A stretch of 64,000 nt of DNA, taken from positions 5,875-69,874 of the forward strand of contig JBDHGL010000017.1 in assembly GCA_039589875.1 (NCBI GenBank), written 5' to 3'. Positions 9,710 to 19,505 of the stretch are shown piece after piece; positions within the stretch are counted from its first letter, which is position 1, and every line of letters begins with the position of its first letter. Source of the stretch: Gemmatimonadota bacterium (GTDB lineage Bacteria; Gemmatimonadota; Gemmatimonadetes; Palauibacterales; Palauibacteraceae). Under the pieces are notes generated by a model that searched no databases, was not told where the DNA came from, and saw nothing but the letters and a program-made list of their open reading frames with translations. Made by a program: the position numbers and the translations under genes.

Positions 9710-11236
9710 TTACGCCACCGCGTAGCGGCTCGTGACGTCCTGATCGGAGGGAGCGGCAAGCAGCCGGTACTCATCCGCCTTGATCAGCGGATCGTCGCGA
9801 AAGTCGAGATCGATCTTGCACTCCCGCTTCATGATCTTGATGAATTCGGGTTCCTTCTCCAGCAGATAGAGCGCCACATCCGGGTGGATCCGGACGGTGA
9901 GCCTCCGGTTCTCGCCGGCCGACGCCGCACGCCGGATCGCCTGCTCGACCCTCCTGAGCACGGTCTCCGGTGAGAAGACGCGGCCCGTGCCATCGCAGTA
10001 CGGACAGGGCTCGGACAGCATGTGGTACAGGCTCGGCCGCACGCGCTGGCGGCTCATCTCGAGCAGCCCGAGATCTGAGATCCCGAACACCTTGGTGCGC
10101 GCCCGGTCCCTGCCGACGTGGGACTTCATGGCCTGTTGGACTCGGTCGCGAAACTCCGGCTCGTCCATGTCGATGAAATCGACGACGATGATCCCACCGA
10201 TATCCCGAAGGCGGAGCTGTCGGGAGACCTCGGCTGCGGCGTCCAGGTTGGTGCGGAGGATCGTCTGTTCCGCATCCTTTTTCCCGGTGTAGCGACCGGT
10301 GTTCACATCGATCGCTACGAGCGCCTCAGTGGCCTCAATCACGATGTGCCCACCGGATGCGAGCTCCACCTTGCGGCCGTACGCCCGGAGGATCTGCTCC
10401 TCGATCCCCAGCTCGTCGAATATCGGCGTCGCCCCACCATAGACCTTCACCCGATCGAGCAGCTCAGGACTCACCTGGCCGAGGTACGATTTGATCTCGC
10501 GAGCCAGCTCGCGCGAATCGACGGTGAGCGAGTCGATCCGATCGCTGAACAGGTCGCGGATGATCCCGCTCGTCAGCTTGGCTTCCTCGTGAACGAGGGC
10601 CGGTGCTTCGACCCCCTTCATGGCCTCCTGGACCTTCTCCCAAGCGGTGAGCAGCGAGGTGAGCTCCTGCTTGAAGGCCTTCTTGGTGAGCTCCTCGCCC
10701 ACGGTGCGAACGATCACACCGCCCGGCTTCTTGGCCAGCATGTCCCGAGCCATCTTCCGCAGTCGCGATCGCTCGTCGCGATCGTCAATCTTCCGGCTCA
10801 CTCCGACATGGTCGCTGCCCGGCATGTATACGAGGAAGCGTCCTGGCAGGGATACCTGGGTCGTGACGCGCGGACCCTTGGTGCTGATCGGCTCCTTCGT
10901 AACCTGTACGAGGAGATCCTGACCGCGGGACACGAGATCCTGGATTGGCGGATACCGACCGGATCGCCGTCCGCCGCCGCCACCGCCGTTATCCTCGTCG
11001 TCGTCTTCGCGCTCGGCAGCGTCGGAGGCGTGGAGGAAGCCCGACTTCTCGGTGCCGATATCGACGAAGGCCGCCTGGATGCCGGGAAGGACGGCGTCTA
11101 CACGACCGAGGTATACATCGCCGACCATGCGCTGAGCGTCCTCACGCTCGTGCATGAGCTCGACCAGACGGCCGTCCTCGAGGATCGCGACCCGCGTCTC
11201 TTGACCGGCCGCGTTGATGACGATCTCGCGCCGCAT
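9710..11236 (-). CDS. rng: ribonuclease G (RNase E/G family)
   Basis: 508 aa; S1 domain then RNase E/G catalytic core (DVYLGRV, IVVDFIDM, zinc-link CPYCDGTGRV). Confidence 0.9.
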   Translation of the reverse strand: MRREIVINAAGQETRVAILEDGRLVELMHEREDAQRMVGDVYLGRVDAVLPGIQAAFVDIGTEKSGFLHASDAAEREDDDEDNGGGGGGRRSGRYPPIQDLVSRGQDLLVQVTKEPISTKGPRVTTQVSLPGRFLVYMPGSDHVGVSRKIDDRDERSRLRKMARDMLAKKPGGVIVRTVGEELTKKAFKQELTSLLTAWEKVQEAMKGVEAPALVHEEAKLTSGIIRDLFSDRIDSLTVDSRELAREIKSYLGQVSPELLDRVKVYGGATPIFDELGIEEQILRAYGRKVELASGGHIVIEATEALVAIDVNTGRYTGKKDAEQTILRTNLDAAAEVSRQLRLRDIGGIIVVDFIDMDEPEFRDRVQQAMKSHVGRDRARTKVFGISDLGLLEMSRQRVRPSLYHMLSEPCPYCDGTGRVFSPETVLRRVEQAIRRAASAGENRRLTVRIHPDVALYLLEKEPEFIKIMKRECKIDLDFRDDPLIKADEYRLLAAPSDQDVTSRYAVA

Positions 11237-11248
11237 CGATTCGGCGCG

Positions 11249-12481
11249 CTAGGTCCGGAAGTGTTCCAGGATGTCTCGCGAGATCACGATCTTCTGGATC
11301 TCGCTCGTTCCTTCTCCGATCTCAGTGATTTTTGCGTCTCTCATCATCCGTTCGACCGCGTATTCGCGTGAGTAGCCGTACCCGCCGTGGAGCTGCACAG
11401 CCTTCGTCGTGACATCCATGGCCGCCTCCGAAGAGAACAGCTTGGCCATGGATGCCTCGGTCTTGTGAGGCTTGCCCTCCATACGGAGGCGAGCGGCGTG
11501 ATAGGTCATGAGGCGCGATGCATGAATCTGCGTGGCCATCTCGGCCAGCATGAACTGCACGCCCTGGAAACGATTGATCTTCTTACCGAACTGCTCGCGC
11601 TCATCCGTGTATCTGGCGGCCAGCTCGAACGCCCCCTGGGCGATGCCGAGCGCGTGCGCGGCGATCCCGATCCGGCCACCGTCCAGCGTGTCCAGAAAGA
11701 CGGGAAAGCCCTTGTTCTCTTCCCCCAACATGTTTTCGGCCGGCACCTCCACGTCCTCGAGAATGAGCTCACGAGTGTCGGAGGCGTTCCAGCCCAGCTT
11801 GCGGAGTTTCTGGCCGGATGCGAAGCCAGCCATCGGCTCGAGCTCGTCGCTGTGGCCGAAACCCAGGCCCTTCGCGACATCGAGATCACAGGTTTCCTTC
11901 GTGAGGATGAAGGCGCTGATCCCGCGGTTTCCCTCTCCGGGCGACGTCGATGCGGCAAGAACGAACACCTCGCCGACCCCACCGTGCGTGATCCATGTCT
12001 TCTGACCGTTGAGGACGTACCGGTCACCCTTACGCTCGGCGACCGTCTGCGTCCCACCGGCATCGGAACCGGCGTTCGGCTCCGTGAGCGCCAAGCCGCC
12101 CAGCACCTGGCCGCCAGCCAGCGGCGTCAGATATTTGCGCTTCTGCTCCTCCGTTCCCCAGCGGTGGATTGGCGTGCAGCAAAGTGATATGTGGGCGCCG
12201 ATCGTAATCGAGTGGCTGGCATCGATCCTGGCGAGCTCTTCGCCGGCGATCACGCTGGCGAGCAGATCCATGCCGGCGCCGCCGTACTCCTCCTCGAATG
12301 GAATCCCGAACAGGCCGAGCTCCGCCATCTTGGCGGCGTTCTCCCACGGGAACTCCTCGGTCTCATCGTGATGCTCCGCGACCGGAGCGATCTCCGATTC
12401 TGCAAACTCGCGAACCATGTCACGCATCATGACGTGATGGTCCTCGAGATAAACGCCCAAATCGCCGGATATCCCGGCCAT
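11249..12481 (-). CDS. acyl-CoA dehydrogenase
   Basis: 410 aa ACAD fold; GGGAGG RBS 7 nt upstream. Confidence 0.9.
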   Translation of the reverse strand: MAGISGDLGVYLEDHHVMMRDMVREFAESEIAPVAEHHDETEEFPWENAAKMAELGLFGIPFEEEYGGAGMDLLASVIAGEELARIDASHSITIGAHISLCCTPIHRWGTEEQKRKYLTPLAGGQVLGGLALTEPNAGSDAGGTQTVAERKGDRYVLNGQKTWITHGGVGEVFVLAASTSPGEGNRGISAFILTKETCDLDVAKGLGFGHSDELEPMAGFASGQKLRKLGWNASDTRELILEDVEVPAENMLGEENKGFPVFLDTLDGGRIGIAAHALGIAQGAFELAARYTDEREQFGKKINRFQGVQFMLAEMATQIHASRLMTYHAARLRMEGKPHKTEASMAKLFSSEAAMDVTTKAVQLHGGYGYSREYAVERMMRDAKITEIGEGTSEIQKIVISRDILEHFRT

Positions 12482-12571
12482 CTATGTCCTCCCGACCCTC
12501 GATATTCGGATCTGCGAAACCTCCCAATGTACGAGGCGGGCCGGGCCCAGCAAACTCGCCGGCTCAAAAGT

Positions 12572-14017
12572 TCAGCGGCTGGCGGACCCTCCAGAGCAAC
12601 GATCACACCCGGTGCAGCGAGGCACGCTCTCACCGAAATACCTGGCGATCGTGGCGCGACGACAGAGGCAGGCGGTTACGTATTTTCTCATTTGAGCGAA
12701 CCGCCAAGACGCTCGGCGCCGACCGCGCGTCACGACGCTGATGTCGATCCGACGCTCTGAGCCTGGCCCTCGGATGTAAAGCACACGCGGGCCGGTCGAG
12801 CGCGACCCTCTCCGCACGCAACCGAACTCCTCGAGCAGGCGAAGCGCGGCCCGAAGCTCGGGCTCCGGCACATGCCTCAGATTGCGGCGCAGCATACGCA
12901 ACGGCACCGGCCCGGGAGGGAGCGCCTGGTACACGCGCAGTAGGCTCCGTCCGGAGGGCCAGCTCTGCCGGATCAGACTGTCCTGAACACGGCCGTCGGT
13001 ACTTCCCGCGATCAGCAGACACTTCGCCGGCTCACCATCTCGGCCTGCCCTCCCGGCCTGCTGAACGTACGCCTCCAGCGATCCGGGCAAACCCAGGTGG
13101 CAGACGAGCCGGACGGAGGGATGGTCGATGCCCATGCCGAAAGCACTGGTCGCGCACACGGCTCGCAGCTGGCCGGCCAGAAAGCGCACCTGGATGTCCG
13201 ATCGAGTCTTTGCGGGAAGCCCCGCGTGATAGGGCTCGACCGCGATCCCTCGCCGCTTCAGAACTTCGCACAGCCGAACCGATCGTTCCCGGGTGGTCAC
13301 GTAGACAATCGCAGGCCCATCGGCTTCGCGAACAGCGGCGATGACCTGCCTGACTCCCTGATCCAAGCGTTTTGTCTGCGTCACCCGGTAGCTCAGGTTC
13401 CGCCGGTTGACGCTGTTGACGATCCGGCGCGGCGACCTCAGCCGCAGCGACTCGACGATGTCGTCCCGTGTCTCGGGCGTAGCCGTCGCCGTGAGCGCCA
13501 GGCACGGCGGGGCACCGGTGATGCGGCGAAAGGGAGCGATCCGGCGGTAGGCGGGACGGAAGTCGTGCCCCCACTCGCTGATGCAGTGAGCCTCGTCGAC
13601 GGCCAGCCGGGCCACGCTCCGGCCGGCGAGGAGCTCATGAAAGCCCCTCGCCTGTAGCCGCTCCGGCGACACATAGAGCAGCCTGATCTCCCCCGAGCGA
13701 ACGGCGCGGGAGAGGCGCACCCGTTCGGACGGCACCGTGACGCTGGTGAGCGCGGCAGCCGGAATGCCCCGCCGTGAAGCTGCGCTCACCTGATCTTGCA
13801 TCAGCGAGATGAGGGGCGAGACGACGATCGTCAGACGGGAGTCGAGCAGCGCAGGGACCTGGAAGCAGATTGATTTTCCGCCCCCCGTCGGCAGAACTCC
13901 GAGAACGTCCCCACCCGACAGGACGGCGCGGAGGACTCTCTTTTGAGCCGGGCGGAATTCCCGGAAGCCGTAGTGCCGGCGAAGGACAGCGAGTGCAGGC
14001 TCGAGATCCGGCGGCAT
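12572..14017 (-). CDS. recQ: RecQ-family ATP-dependent DNA helicase (short form, no HRDC)
   Basis: Helicase motifs (LPTGGGKS, VDEAHCISEWGHDFRP) and RecQ zinc-binding C-terminus (CRR..C..CDRC). Confidence 0.9.
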   Translation of the reverse strand: MPPDLEPALAVLRRHYGFREFRPAQKRVLRAVLSGGDVLGVLPTGGGKSICFQVPALLDSRLTIVVSPLISLMQDQVSAASRRGIPAAALTSVTVPSERVRLSRAVRSGEIRLLYVSPERLQARGFHELLAGRSVARLAVDEAHCISEWGHDFRPAYRRIAPFRRITGAPPCLALTATATPETRDDIVESLRLRSPRRIVNSVNRRNLSYRVTQTKRLDQGVRQVIAAVREADGPAIVYVTTRERSVRLCEVLKRRGIAVEPYHAGLPAKTRSDIQVRFLAGQLRAVCATSAFGMGIDHPSVRLVCHLGLPGSLEAYVQQAGRAGRDGEPAKCLLIAGSTDGRVQDSLIRQSWPSGRSLLRVYQALPPGPVPLRMLRRNLRHVPEPELRAALRLLEEFGCVRRGSRSTGPRVLYIRGPGSERRIDISVVTRGRRRASWRFAQMRKYVTACLCRRATIARYFGESVPRCTGCDRCSGGSASR

Positions 14018-14039
14018 GCACCAGCGTCAGGCCACCCTC

Positions 14040-14741
14040 TCAACTCTCCCTCAACACCTCCGCAGTCCAGCGCTCGATCACATCGGCCAGCTCGCCCAGC
14101 ACCTCGTCCCAGGTCCGGCCCGTGCGCTTCAGGACCTTGAACGAGTGGTCCGCGTCCTGGACCACGTGCAGGGTGCTACCTGCCAGCTCCTCGCAGATCG
14201 GTCTGAGCAGATCCAGGTCGGCCAAGCGATCCCGGGTCCCCTGGAGAAACAGCATCGGCTTGCCGACATCGGGCAGATGACCTGCGCGATCGATGGACGG
14301 CCGGCCGACGGCGTGAAGGGGAAAGCCGAGAAACACGAGTCCTTCGACCGGCTGCAGCGGAGCGGCCGCCGCCGCGAGGGAGGCCATCCGCCCACCCATC
14401 GACTTGCCGCCCGCGAACAGCGGTAGGCCCGGAGCCTCACGCACGGCGGCGGCAACGGCCGACCGGATGGTAGCCAACAGGATCGGTTGAGGATTGGGAC
14501 GCCGCTTCCCCTGCTCCATGTAGGGGAACTGGTAGCGCAGAGTAGCCAGCCCCCGGTTCGCCAGCAGCCCGGCCACACACTCCATGAACGGGTGGCGCAT
14601 GCCGGCGCCAGCGCCATGGCCCAGAACGAGAAGCGCCCGCGAGCCGGGGGGCGCGATCAGCAGGCCCGACACCTCCCCGGAGCTCCTCGACGCCTCGAAC
14701 CGAACTTCCTTTGCCGCACCGGCCATCAGATTCCCCAGCAA
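14040..14741 (-). CDS. alpha/beta-fold hydrolase (COG3571/KANL3-like)
   Basis: 233 aa; nucleophile-elbow GGKSMGG, acid and His (DHSF) in canonical order. Confidence 0.75.
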   Translation of the reverse strand: MLGNLMAGAAKEVRFEASRSSGEVSGLLIAPPGSRALLVLGHGAGAGMRHPFMECVAGLLANRGLATLRYQFPYMEQGKRRPNPQPILLATIRSAVAAAVREAPGLPLFAGGKSMGGRMASLAAAAAPLQPVEGLVFLGFPLHAVGRPSIDRAGHLPDVGKPMLFLQGTRDRLADLDLLRPICEELAGSTLHVVQDADHSFKVLKRTGRTWDEVLGELADVIERWTAEVLRES

Positions 14742-14748
14742 CCGGCGC

Positions 14749-15483
14749 TCATACCGTGAGCTCCAGGCCGTCCTCCGCGCACTCCAGCTCGAGCGAACCG
14801 GCGCGAGCCAACATCTCGTCGCTCATGTGGGTGCAGACCAGCCGGTCGCAGCTCAGCTCGTCTCGCTTGCCAAGAAGCGTGACGTAGTCGGTGTGAAGCG
14901 GAACCGTTCGATCGAAGGTGTACGCCTCGCAGATGAACAGATCGGCACCTTCCGCGGTCCGGAGAAGCACATCCGTCCACTCGGTGTCCCCGGAGTAGGC
15001 GATCACCTTGCCGGCGATCTCGATTCGCAGGGCGTGCGGGAGGGAAGCGGGAGCGTGAAGCACTTGGAAAGCCGTGACGACACAAGCATCCACCGGCACG
15101 GGTTCTTCGGCCACCCACTCGACGAAACGCAGATCGTACAGAGGCGTGACCTGAGAGGAGCCTGGAAACAGGACTTCCATCGCGGCCTTGACCCGCCCCT
15201 CGACCCCCGGAGGACCGGCGATCGTGAGCGGCTCGGTGCGCCGCGAGACGAGCTGCGTGTCGATCAGGAAGAACGGGATCCCACCGAAGTGATCCCCGTG
15301 GAAATGCGTGACGAGGATCGCGTCGATCTCGTTCGGCGGGACGCCCCAGCGCTTCATCGCGATGAGGGCCGAGGCTCCACAGTCGATCAGAAAGCGTCCC
15401 CCGGGATGGCGCACGTCGAAGCAAGTGAAAAAGCGGCCGCCGCTGGCGAAGGCGTCGCCGCTGCCAAGAACGCGGAGCGTCAC
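14749..15483 (-). CDS. MBL-fold metallo-hydrolase
   Basis: 244 aa from a GTG start; HxHxDH (THFHGDHFGG) and downstream His/Asp ligands; C-terminal part of a composite 487-aa track ORF. Confidence 0.7.
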   Translation of the reverse strand: MTLRVLGSGDAFASGGRFFTCFDVRHPGGRFLIDCGASALIAMKRWGVPPNEIDAILVTHFHGDHFGGIPFFLIDTQLVSRRTEPLTIAGPPGVEGRVKAAMEVLFPGSSQVTPLYDLRFVEWVAEEPVPVDACVVTAFQVLHAPASLPHALRIEIAGKVIAYSGDTEWTDVLLRTAEGADLFICEAYTFDRTVPLHTDYVTLLGKRDELSCDRLVCTHMSDEMLARAGSLELECAEDGLELTV

Positions 15484-15494
15484 CCGGCCGTCGG

Positions 15495-16061
15495 TCAAGC
15501 GCCCCCTACCTTCGCGTGGCGAAAACAGTCGACCGTGTGATCGTTTACCAGACCGGCCGCCTGCATGAACGAGTAGCAGGTGGTCGGTCCGACAAAGCGG
15601 AAGCCCCGCTGCCTCATATCGCGGCTCATCGCACGGGATTCGGCGGTCTCTGCAGGAAGCTCCGACAGCTCCCGCCATCCGTTCACGATCGGCTCTCCGC
15701 CGACGAAGCTCCACACGTAATCCGCGAAGCTCCCGATCTCGGACTGGACCTCCAGGACCTTTCGGGCGTTGGTGATCGTCGACTCGATCTTGCCTCTGTG
15801 GCGCACGATCCCCGCGTCGCCCAGAAGCTGCTCGACCTTCCGGTCGTCGAACGCCGCGACGTTGGACGGTTCGAAGCCCCCGAACGCCCGCCGGTAGTTC
15901 TCGCGCTTGTTCAGGATCGTCGACCAGCTGAGGCCGGCCTGCGCGCCCTCCAGGGTAATGAGCTCGAATAGTCGTCTGTCGTTGCGCAGCGGGACGCCCC
16001 ACTCGAGATCGTGGTACTCGATCATCAGCGGCGACCCCCCGGCCCAGCTGCATCGCGTCAC
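15495..16061 (-). CDS. tag: DNA-3-methyladenine glycosylase I
   Basis: Near-colinear with E. coli Tag (..RCSWAGGSPLMIEYHDLEWGVP..YSFMQAAGLVNDH..C..H); GTG start at 16061 overlaps the upstream stop (GTGA); alternative ATG at 16025. Confidence 0.85.
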   Translation of the reverse strand: MTRCSWAGGSPLMIEYHDLEWGVPLRNDRRLFELITLEGAQAGLSWSTILNKRENYRRAFGGFEPSNVAAFDDRKVEQLLGDAGIVRHRGKIESTITNARKVLEVQSEIGSFADYVWSFVGGEPIVNGWRELSELPAETAESRAMSRDMRQRGFRFVGPTTCYSFMQAAGLVNDHTVDCFRHAKVGGA

Positions 16062-16282
16062 GACGAAGCGTCCTCCATCGGATCCCGATCGTCGGGGGCG
16101 GCCGCCCTTCGGCCCAACCGGAGGGTGAGAGCCGCGATGAGAAGTCCGGCTCCCAGTCCCGCGAAGAAGTCGTTGTCCCGGATCGCGCCGACCAGCCAGA
16201 CGGCGCCTCCACCCACGGCGAGGCCGATCTGCAGCCGAAGCCACCAACCGACCGTGGCGGTGGACTCCTCGGAGCTGCTCAT
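16058..16282 (-). CDS. hypothetical small 2-TM membrane protein (74 aa)
   Basis: Internal ATG of a longer spurious ORF; two hydrophobic helices (VGWWLRLQIGLAVGGGAVWLVGAI / FFAGLGAGLLIAALTL); stop overlaps tag GTG. Confidence 0.35.
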   Translation of the reverse strand: MSSSEESTATVGWWLRLQIGLAVGGGAVWLVGAIRDNDFFAGLGAGLLIAALTLRLGRRAAAPDDRDPMEDASS

Positions 16283-16313
16283 GCGGGGTGTGGCCGGGTC
16301 CCGAGCGGGTCGG

Positions 16314-16967
16314 CTATTCCAGGTGGCGGCTGATCGGGGCTTCTTCCGTGCGGGCGCCCCAAGCGATCGTGGCCGAGCAGGCGATGCCCCAAACGATTCC
16401 GAAAAGAGCGACGGCCACGAAGGCCAGCGGTCCGTAGTCCAGCCCGAACCAACCGGCGTGGCGGTCGAGCGGGAGCACCTTGAGCAGCATGTAGGCGGTT
16501 CCCGCGCCGCCTGCCACGATCCCTCTCGCCAGATAGGACCCGCCGGGGACGTAGGCATACAGGACGCCGAACGCGATTCCCCCGAAGAGCGCGTGCCCGA
16601 TGCCGAGCCCTAGGACGACCACCCCTTCTCCCGAGCCGATCGGGAGCCCAAGGAGGCCGAGCACGCCGGATGAAGCGGAGAGCCACGCTGCTATCCGCAC
16701 CGCCATTAATCCGAGCAGACCACCCAACAGCCCGAGACCCAGGCGTGCACTCAGGTCAAGCGCTCCTTCCGAAGCCGGGCCGTAAGCTCCCTGGGCCAGC
16801 GCGAGGGCCGTGAACGCCAACGCGGCCACGAGCAGCAGAACTCCGCCTCCAACCGCGTTTCGGCTGCCGGCGGCGACCAGCTGAAGGCCGACGCCCAGAG
16901 ACACGACGGCCAGCACGAGCGCCAGGCCCGATGGAAACATCTCCACGCCCGTCTCTGAATCCGTCAT
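16314..16967 (-). CDS. hypothetical Gly-rich polytopic membrane protein
   Basis: 217 aa, ~7 TM helices, no recognised family. Confidence 0.55.
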   Translation of the reverse strand: MTDSETGVEMFPSGLALVLAVVSLGVGLQLVAAGSRNAVGGGVLLLVAALAFTALALAQGAYGPASEGALDLSARLGLGLLGGLLGLMAVRIAAWLSASSGVLGLLGLPIGSGEGVVVLGLGIGHALFGGIAFGVLYAYVPGGSYLARGIVAGGAGTAYMLLKVLPLDRHAGWFGLDYGPLAFVAVALFGIVWGIACSATIAWGARTEEAPISRHLE

Positions 16968-16986
16968 CGCCGCGAGCCGTCTCCCT

Positions 16987-17754
16987 TCATCGATCCAGAA
17001 AGCGCCGGATTCCGGCCTGGCAATCCGGCGTGAGCCTGGCCAGCGCGTTCACGTCCGCCCCCGTGCGGATGGACGCCTCGAAGCTGGCTCCATCGATCTG
17101 GTACAACAGCGACTTGGAGAGGGCCAACGCGGAGGCGCTGTGTTCGGCGAGCCGCGCGGCGAACTGCTGCGCCAGCCCTCGGAATCCCTCAGGCGAGAAG
17201 ACCCGGTTTACCAGACCGTACTCGCGCGCGGTTTCCGCGTCGATGTGTTCGCCAAGGGCCACCAGCTCGAAAGCCTTCTTTTCACCGACCTCCCTCCGAA
17301 GCATCGCCATGACCATCGCCGGCACGAATCCGAGGCGGACCTCAGGGTAGCCGAGCCGAGAGTCCGCGGCGGCCACGACCAGATCACACGCCGAGGCAAG
17401 CCCGCAGCCTCCGGCCAGTGCGCGACCATGCACGGCCGCCACCACCGGCTTGCTCAGGCGCCGGAGCAGGATGAACAGATCGCCGAGCGACTCGGCGTCT
17501 GCCAGGCTCTCGAGAACCCCGCCCTCCACCGACGCCTGCACTTCCCGCAGGTCGGCGCCGGCGCAGAAGTCGGGTCCCTCGCCTGCCAGAAGGACGACCC
17601 GAACACGCTTATCGGCATCGGCCTGAGCGAGCGCTTCCTTCAGCTCGGACACGAGCGCCGCGTTGAGCGCGTTGCGCGCCTCGGGACGGTTCAGCGAGAT
17701 CAGGAGCACTCCGCTGTCGCCGTCGATCTCGGTCAGGATCTGCTCGTAGCTCAT
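16987..17754 (-). CDS. enoyl-CoA hydratase/isomerase (AtuE/LiuC-like position)
   Basis: Crotonase motifs (VVLLAGEGPDFCAGADL, HGRALAGGCGLASACDLVVA). Confidence 0.85.
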   Translation of the reverse strand: MSYEQILTEIDGDSGVLLISLNRPEARNALNAALVSELKEALAQADADKRVRVVLLAGEGPDFCAGADLREVQASVEGGVLESLADAESLGDLFILLRRLSKPVVAAVHGRALAGGCGLASACDLVVAAADSRLGYPEVRLGFVPAMVMAMLRREVGEKKAFELVALGEHIDAETAREYGLVNRVFSPEGFRGLAQQFAARLAEHSASALALSKSLLYQIDGASFEASIRTGADVNALARLTPDCQAGIRRFLDR

Positions 17755-17772
17755 TTCTCCGCTCGAAATCTC

Positions 17773-18135
17773 CTAGTCTCCGGCGAACCCGGAGACCTCA
17801 TCCGCTTCGCGGACCAGCTCATCCGGGACGTCCAGCTCCATGCGGAGCAACGCAGCCCCGAACGTCTTGCCCTGCGCGTCCAGCATCAGCGAAACCGTCC
17901 CGCCTCCGCCCAGGGACTCGTGGAGAAGAAAGTTGAGGGCCTTCAGGTTCGGGAGCTCGTATCGATCCACCGGCCCTTTACAGATGCCTGTGAAGTGCTC
18001 CTTTACACGAGCGGCCGTAACTTCTGTCACCAGAATATTATAAATCGGCTCTGTGTAGGCGATCAAACCGACGTTCGCCGTGTCTCCCTTATCTCCGGAG
18101 CGGGCGAAGCCGACCCGCCAGAGAGGGACTCTCAT
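17773..18135 (-). CDS. DUF4387 protein (C-terminal module of AtuA family)
   Basis: 120 aa; 4-nt overlap with upstream DUF1446 gene; typical DUF1446/DUF4387 split pair. Confidence 0.65.
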   Translation of the reverse strand: MRVPLWRVGFARSGDKGDTANVGLIAYTEPIYNILVTEVTAARVKEHFTGICKGPVDRYELPNLKALNFLLHESLGGGGTVSLMLDAQGKTFGAALLRMELDVPDELVREADEVSGFAGD

Positions 18136-19505
18136 GCCTCCGTCACCTCGACCTGGACGACGCTCTCCACCGCGTCGCGGTCGATTAGCGCGGGCCAGTA
18201 CGCCATCACATCGTGGATCTTCGGTCGGCCGGCCGCGAACCCGGTTACGCTCGGAGGGCCGGCCAAGATCAGTGGTGCCAGCTCTCGCGTGAAACGCTCG
18301 ACTTCGGCCCGCTTCTCACTGCGGACGCTGACCAACAGTCCTACCTCCGGCAGCTCCGGATCGGGAGAGCCGGCCAGCGGGCCATGGCACGCTCCCGCAC
18401 CCACGTACTCCGTCCGGATCTCCTCGAACCCGAGGCCGAGCCGTTCGAGCCTCCCACGCAACACGTGATCCGCCCGGACCGCTTTCTCGTAGGCTTCCGG
18501 ATAGGCATAGGTGAGACTGCCGGTGGCCTTGTAGCCGGCTCGATAGGCGATGGAGACCTTGAGCGATTCGGGCCTTGGGCGCCCTTCGATGCCGGACACA
18601 CGAACGCGGTCGTTGCCGAGGTCGTCCAGCCGGATCGTCGAAAAGTCGGCCACGCAGTCCGGTGTGATGTATTCCGAAGGGTCCCCCATCTCGTAGACCA
18701 GCTGCTCGGTGACGCTAGCCCAGTTGACGCGCCCCCCCAGTGATGGATGCTTCGTGACCACGAAGCTCCCGTCGGCCGATGCCTCGATGATCGGATATCC
18801 CGCCTCGACGAGGTCGACCTCGCGCCAGCGAAACAGCGTGTTTCCGCCGCAAGCCTGAGCGCCGCACTCGTTGATGTGACCGGCAACCACGCCAGCGGCG
18901 ATCCGGTTCCAATCGTCGTCGGCCCACCCGAACTCATGGATCAGGGGAGCGTAGGTCAGCGCCGTGTCCGTCGAGCGACCAGTCACGACGAGGTCCGCGT
19001 CCTGCCGGAGGGCCTCGAGGATCGGGCCCGCGCCCATGTACGCGTTGGCCGCCGTCACCCGCTCGCGCACCGCGCTGAGCGGCTCTCCCGTCTCCATGTT
19101 GAGAAGCTCGTGGCCGGCCGACATCAGCTCATCCAGCCGGCTCATCAGGTCGTCGCCCCGAACGATCGCGATCCTCACAGGCCGCTCCGTGTAGACCTCC
19201 TGGAGGCGCTCCACCAGAGCATCTCTGCAAGCATCCGGATTGACGCCACCCGCGTTGGTCACGACCCGGACTCCCCGTGCTACCAGGTCGGGCGCGAGGT
19301 CGATGATCAGGTCGACGAAGTCTCGCGCATATCCGGCGGACGGATGCCGCTCGCGCTGCTTCTCCAGGATCGACATGGTGATCTCGGCCAGATAATCCAG
19401 CATGATGTAGTCGATCGGACCACGCCGGATCTGGAGCTTCGGGGCCTCTTGCCAATCGCCCCAGAAGCCCTGTCCGGAGGCTACTCGAACCTTGTGCTCA
19501 GGCAT
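18132..19505 (-). CDS. acyclic terpene utilisation AtuA-family protein (DUF1446)
   Basis: 457 aa; AtuA N-terminal conserved block (QGFWGDW.., IDYIMLDYLAEITMSIL). Confidence 0.75.
   Translation of the reverse strand: MPEHKVRVASGQGFWGDWQEAPKLQIRRGPIDYIMLDYLAEITMSILEKQRERHPSAGYARDFVDLIIDLAPDLVARGVRVVTNAGGVNPDACRDALVERLQEVYTERPVRIAIVRGDDLMSRLDELMSAGHELLNMETGEPLSAVRERVTAANAYMGAGPILEALRQDADLVVTGRSTDTALTYAPLIHEFGWADDDWNRIAAGVVAGHINECGAQACGGNTLFRWREVDLVEAGYPIIEASADGSFVVTKHPSLGGRVNWASVTEQLVYEMGDPSEYITPDCVADFSTIRLDDLGNDRVRVSGIEGRPRPESLKVSIAYRAGYKATGSLTYAYPEAYEKAVRADHVLRGRLERLGLGFEEIRTEYVGAGACHGPLAGSPDPELPEVGLLVSVRSEKRAEVERFTRELAPLILAGPPSVTGFAAGRPKIHDVMAYWPALIDRDAVESVVQVEVTEA

Noticed and set aside
14749-16212. 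487-aa ORF treated as a single gene
   Set aside because: Only the C-terminal 244 aa (MBL hydrolase) is protein-like; the N-terminal part is the shadow of tag, which is encoded in another frame
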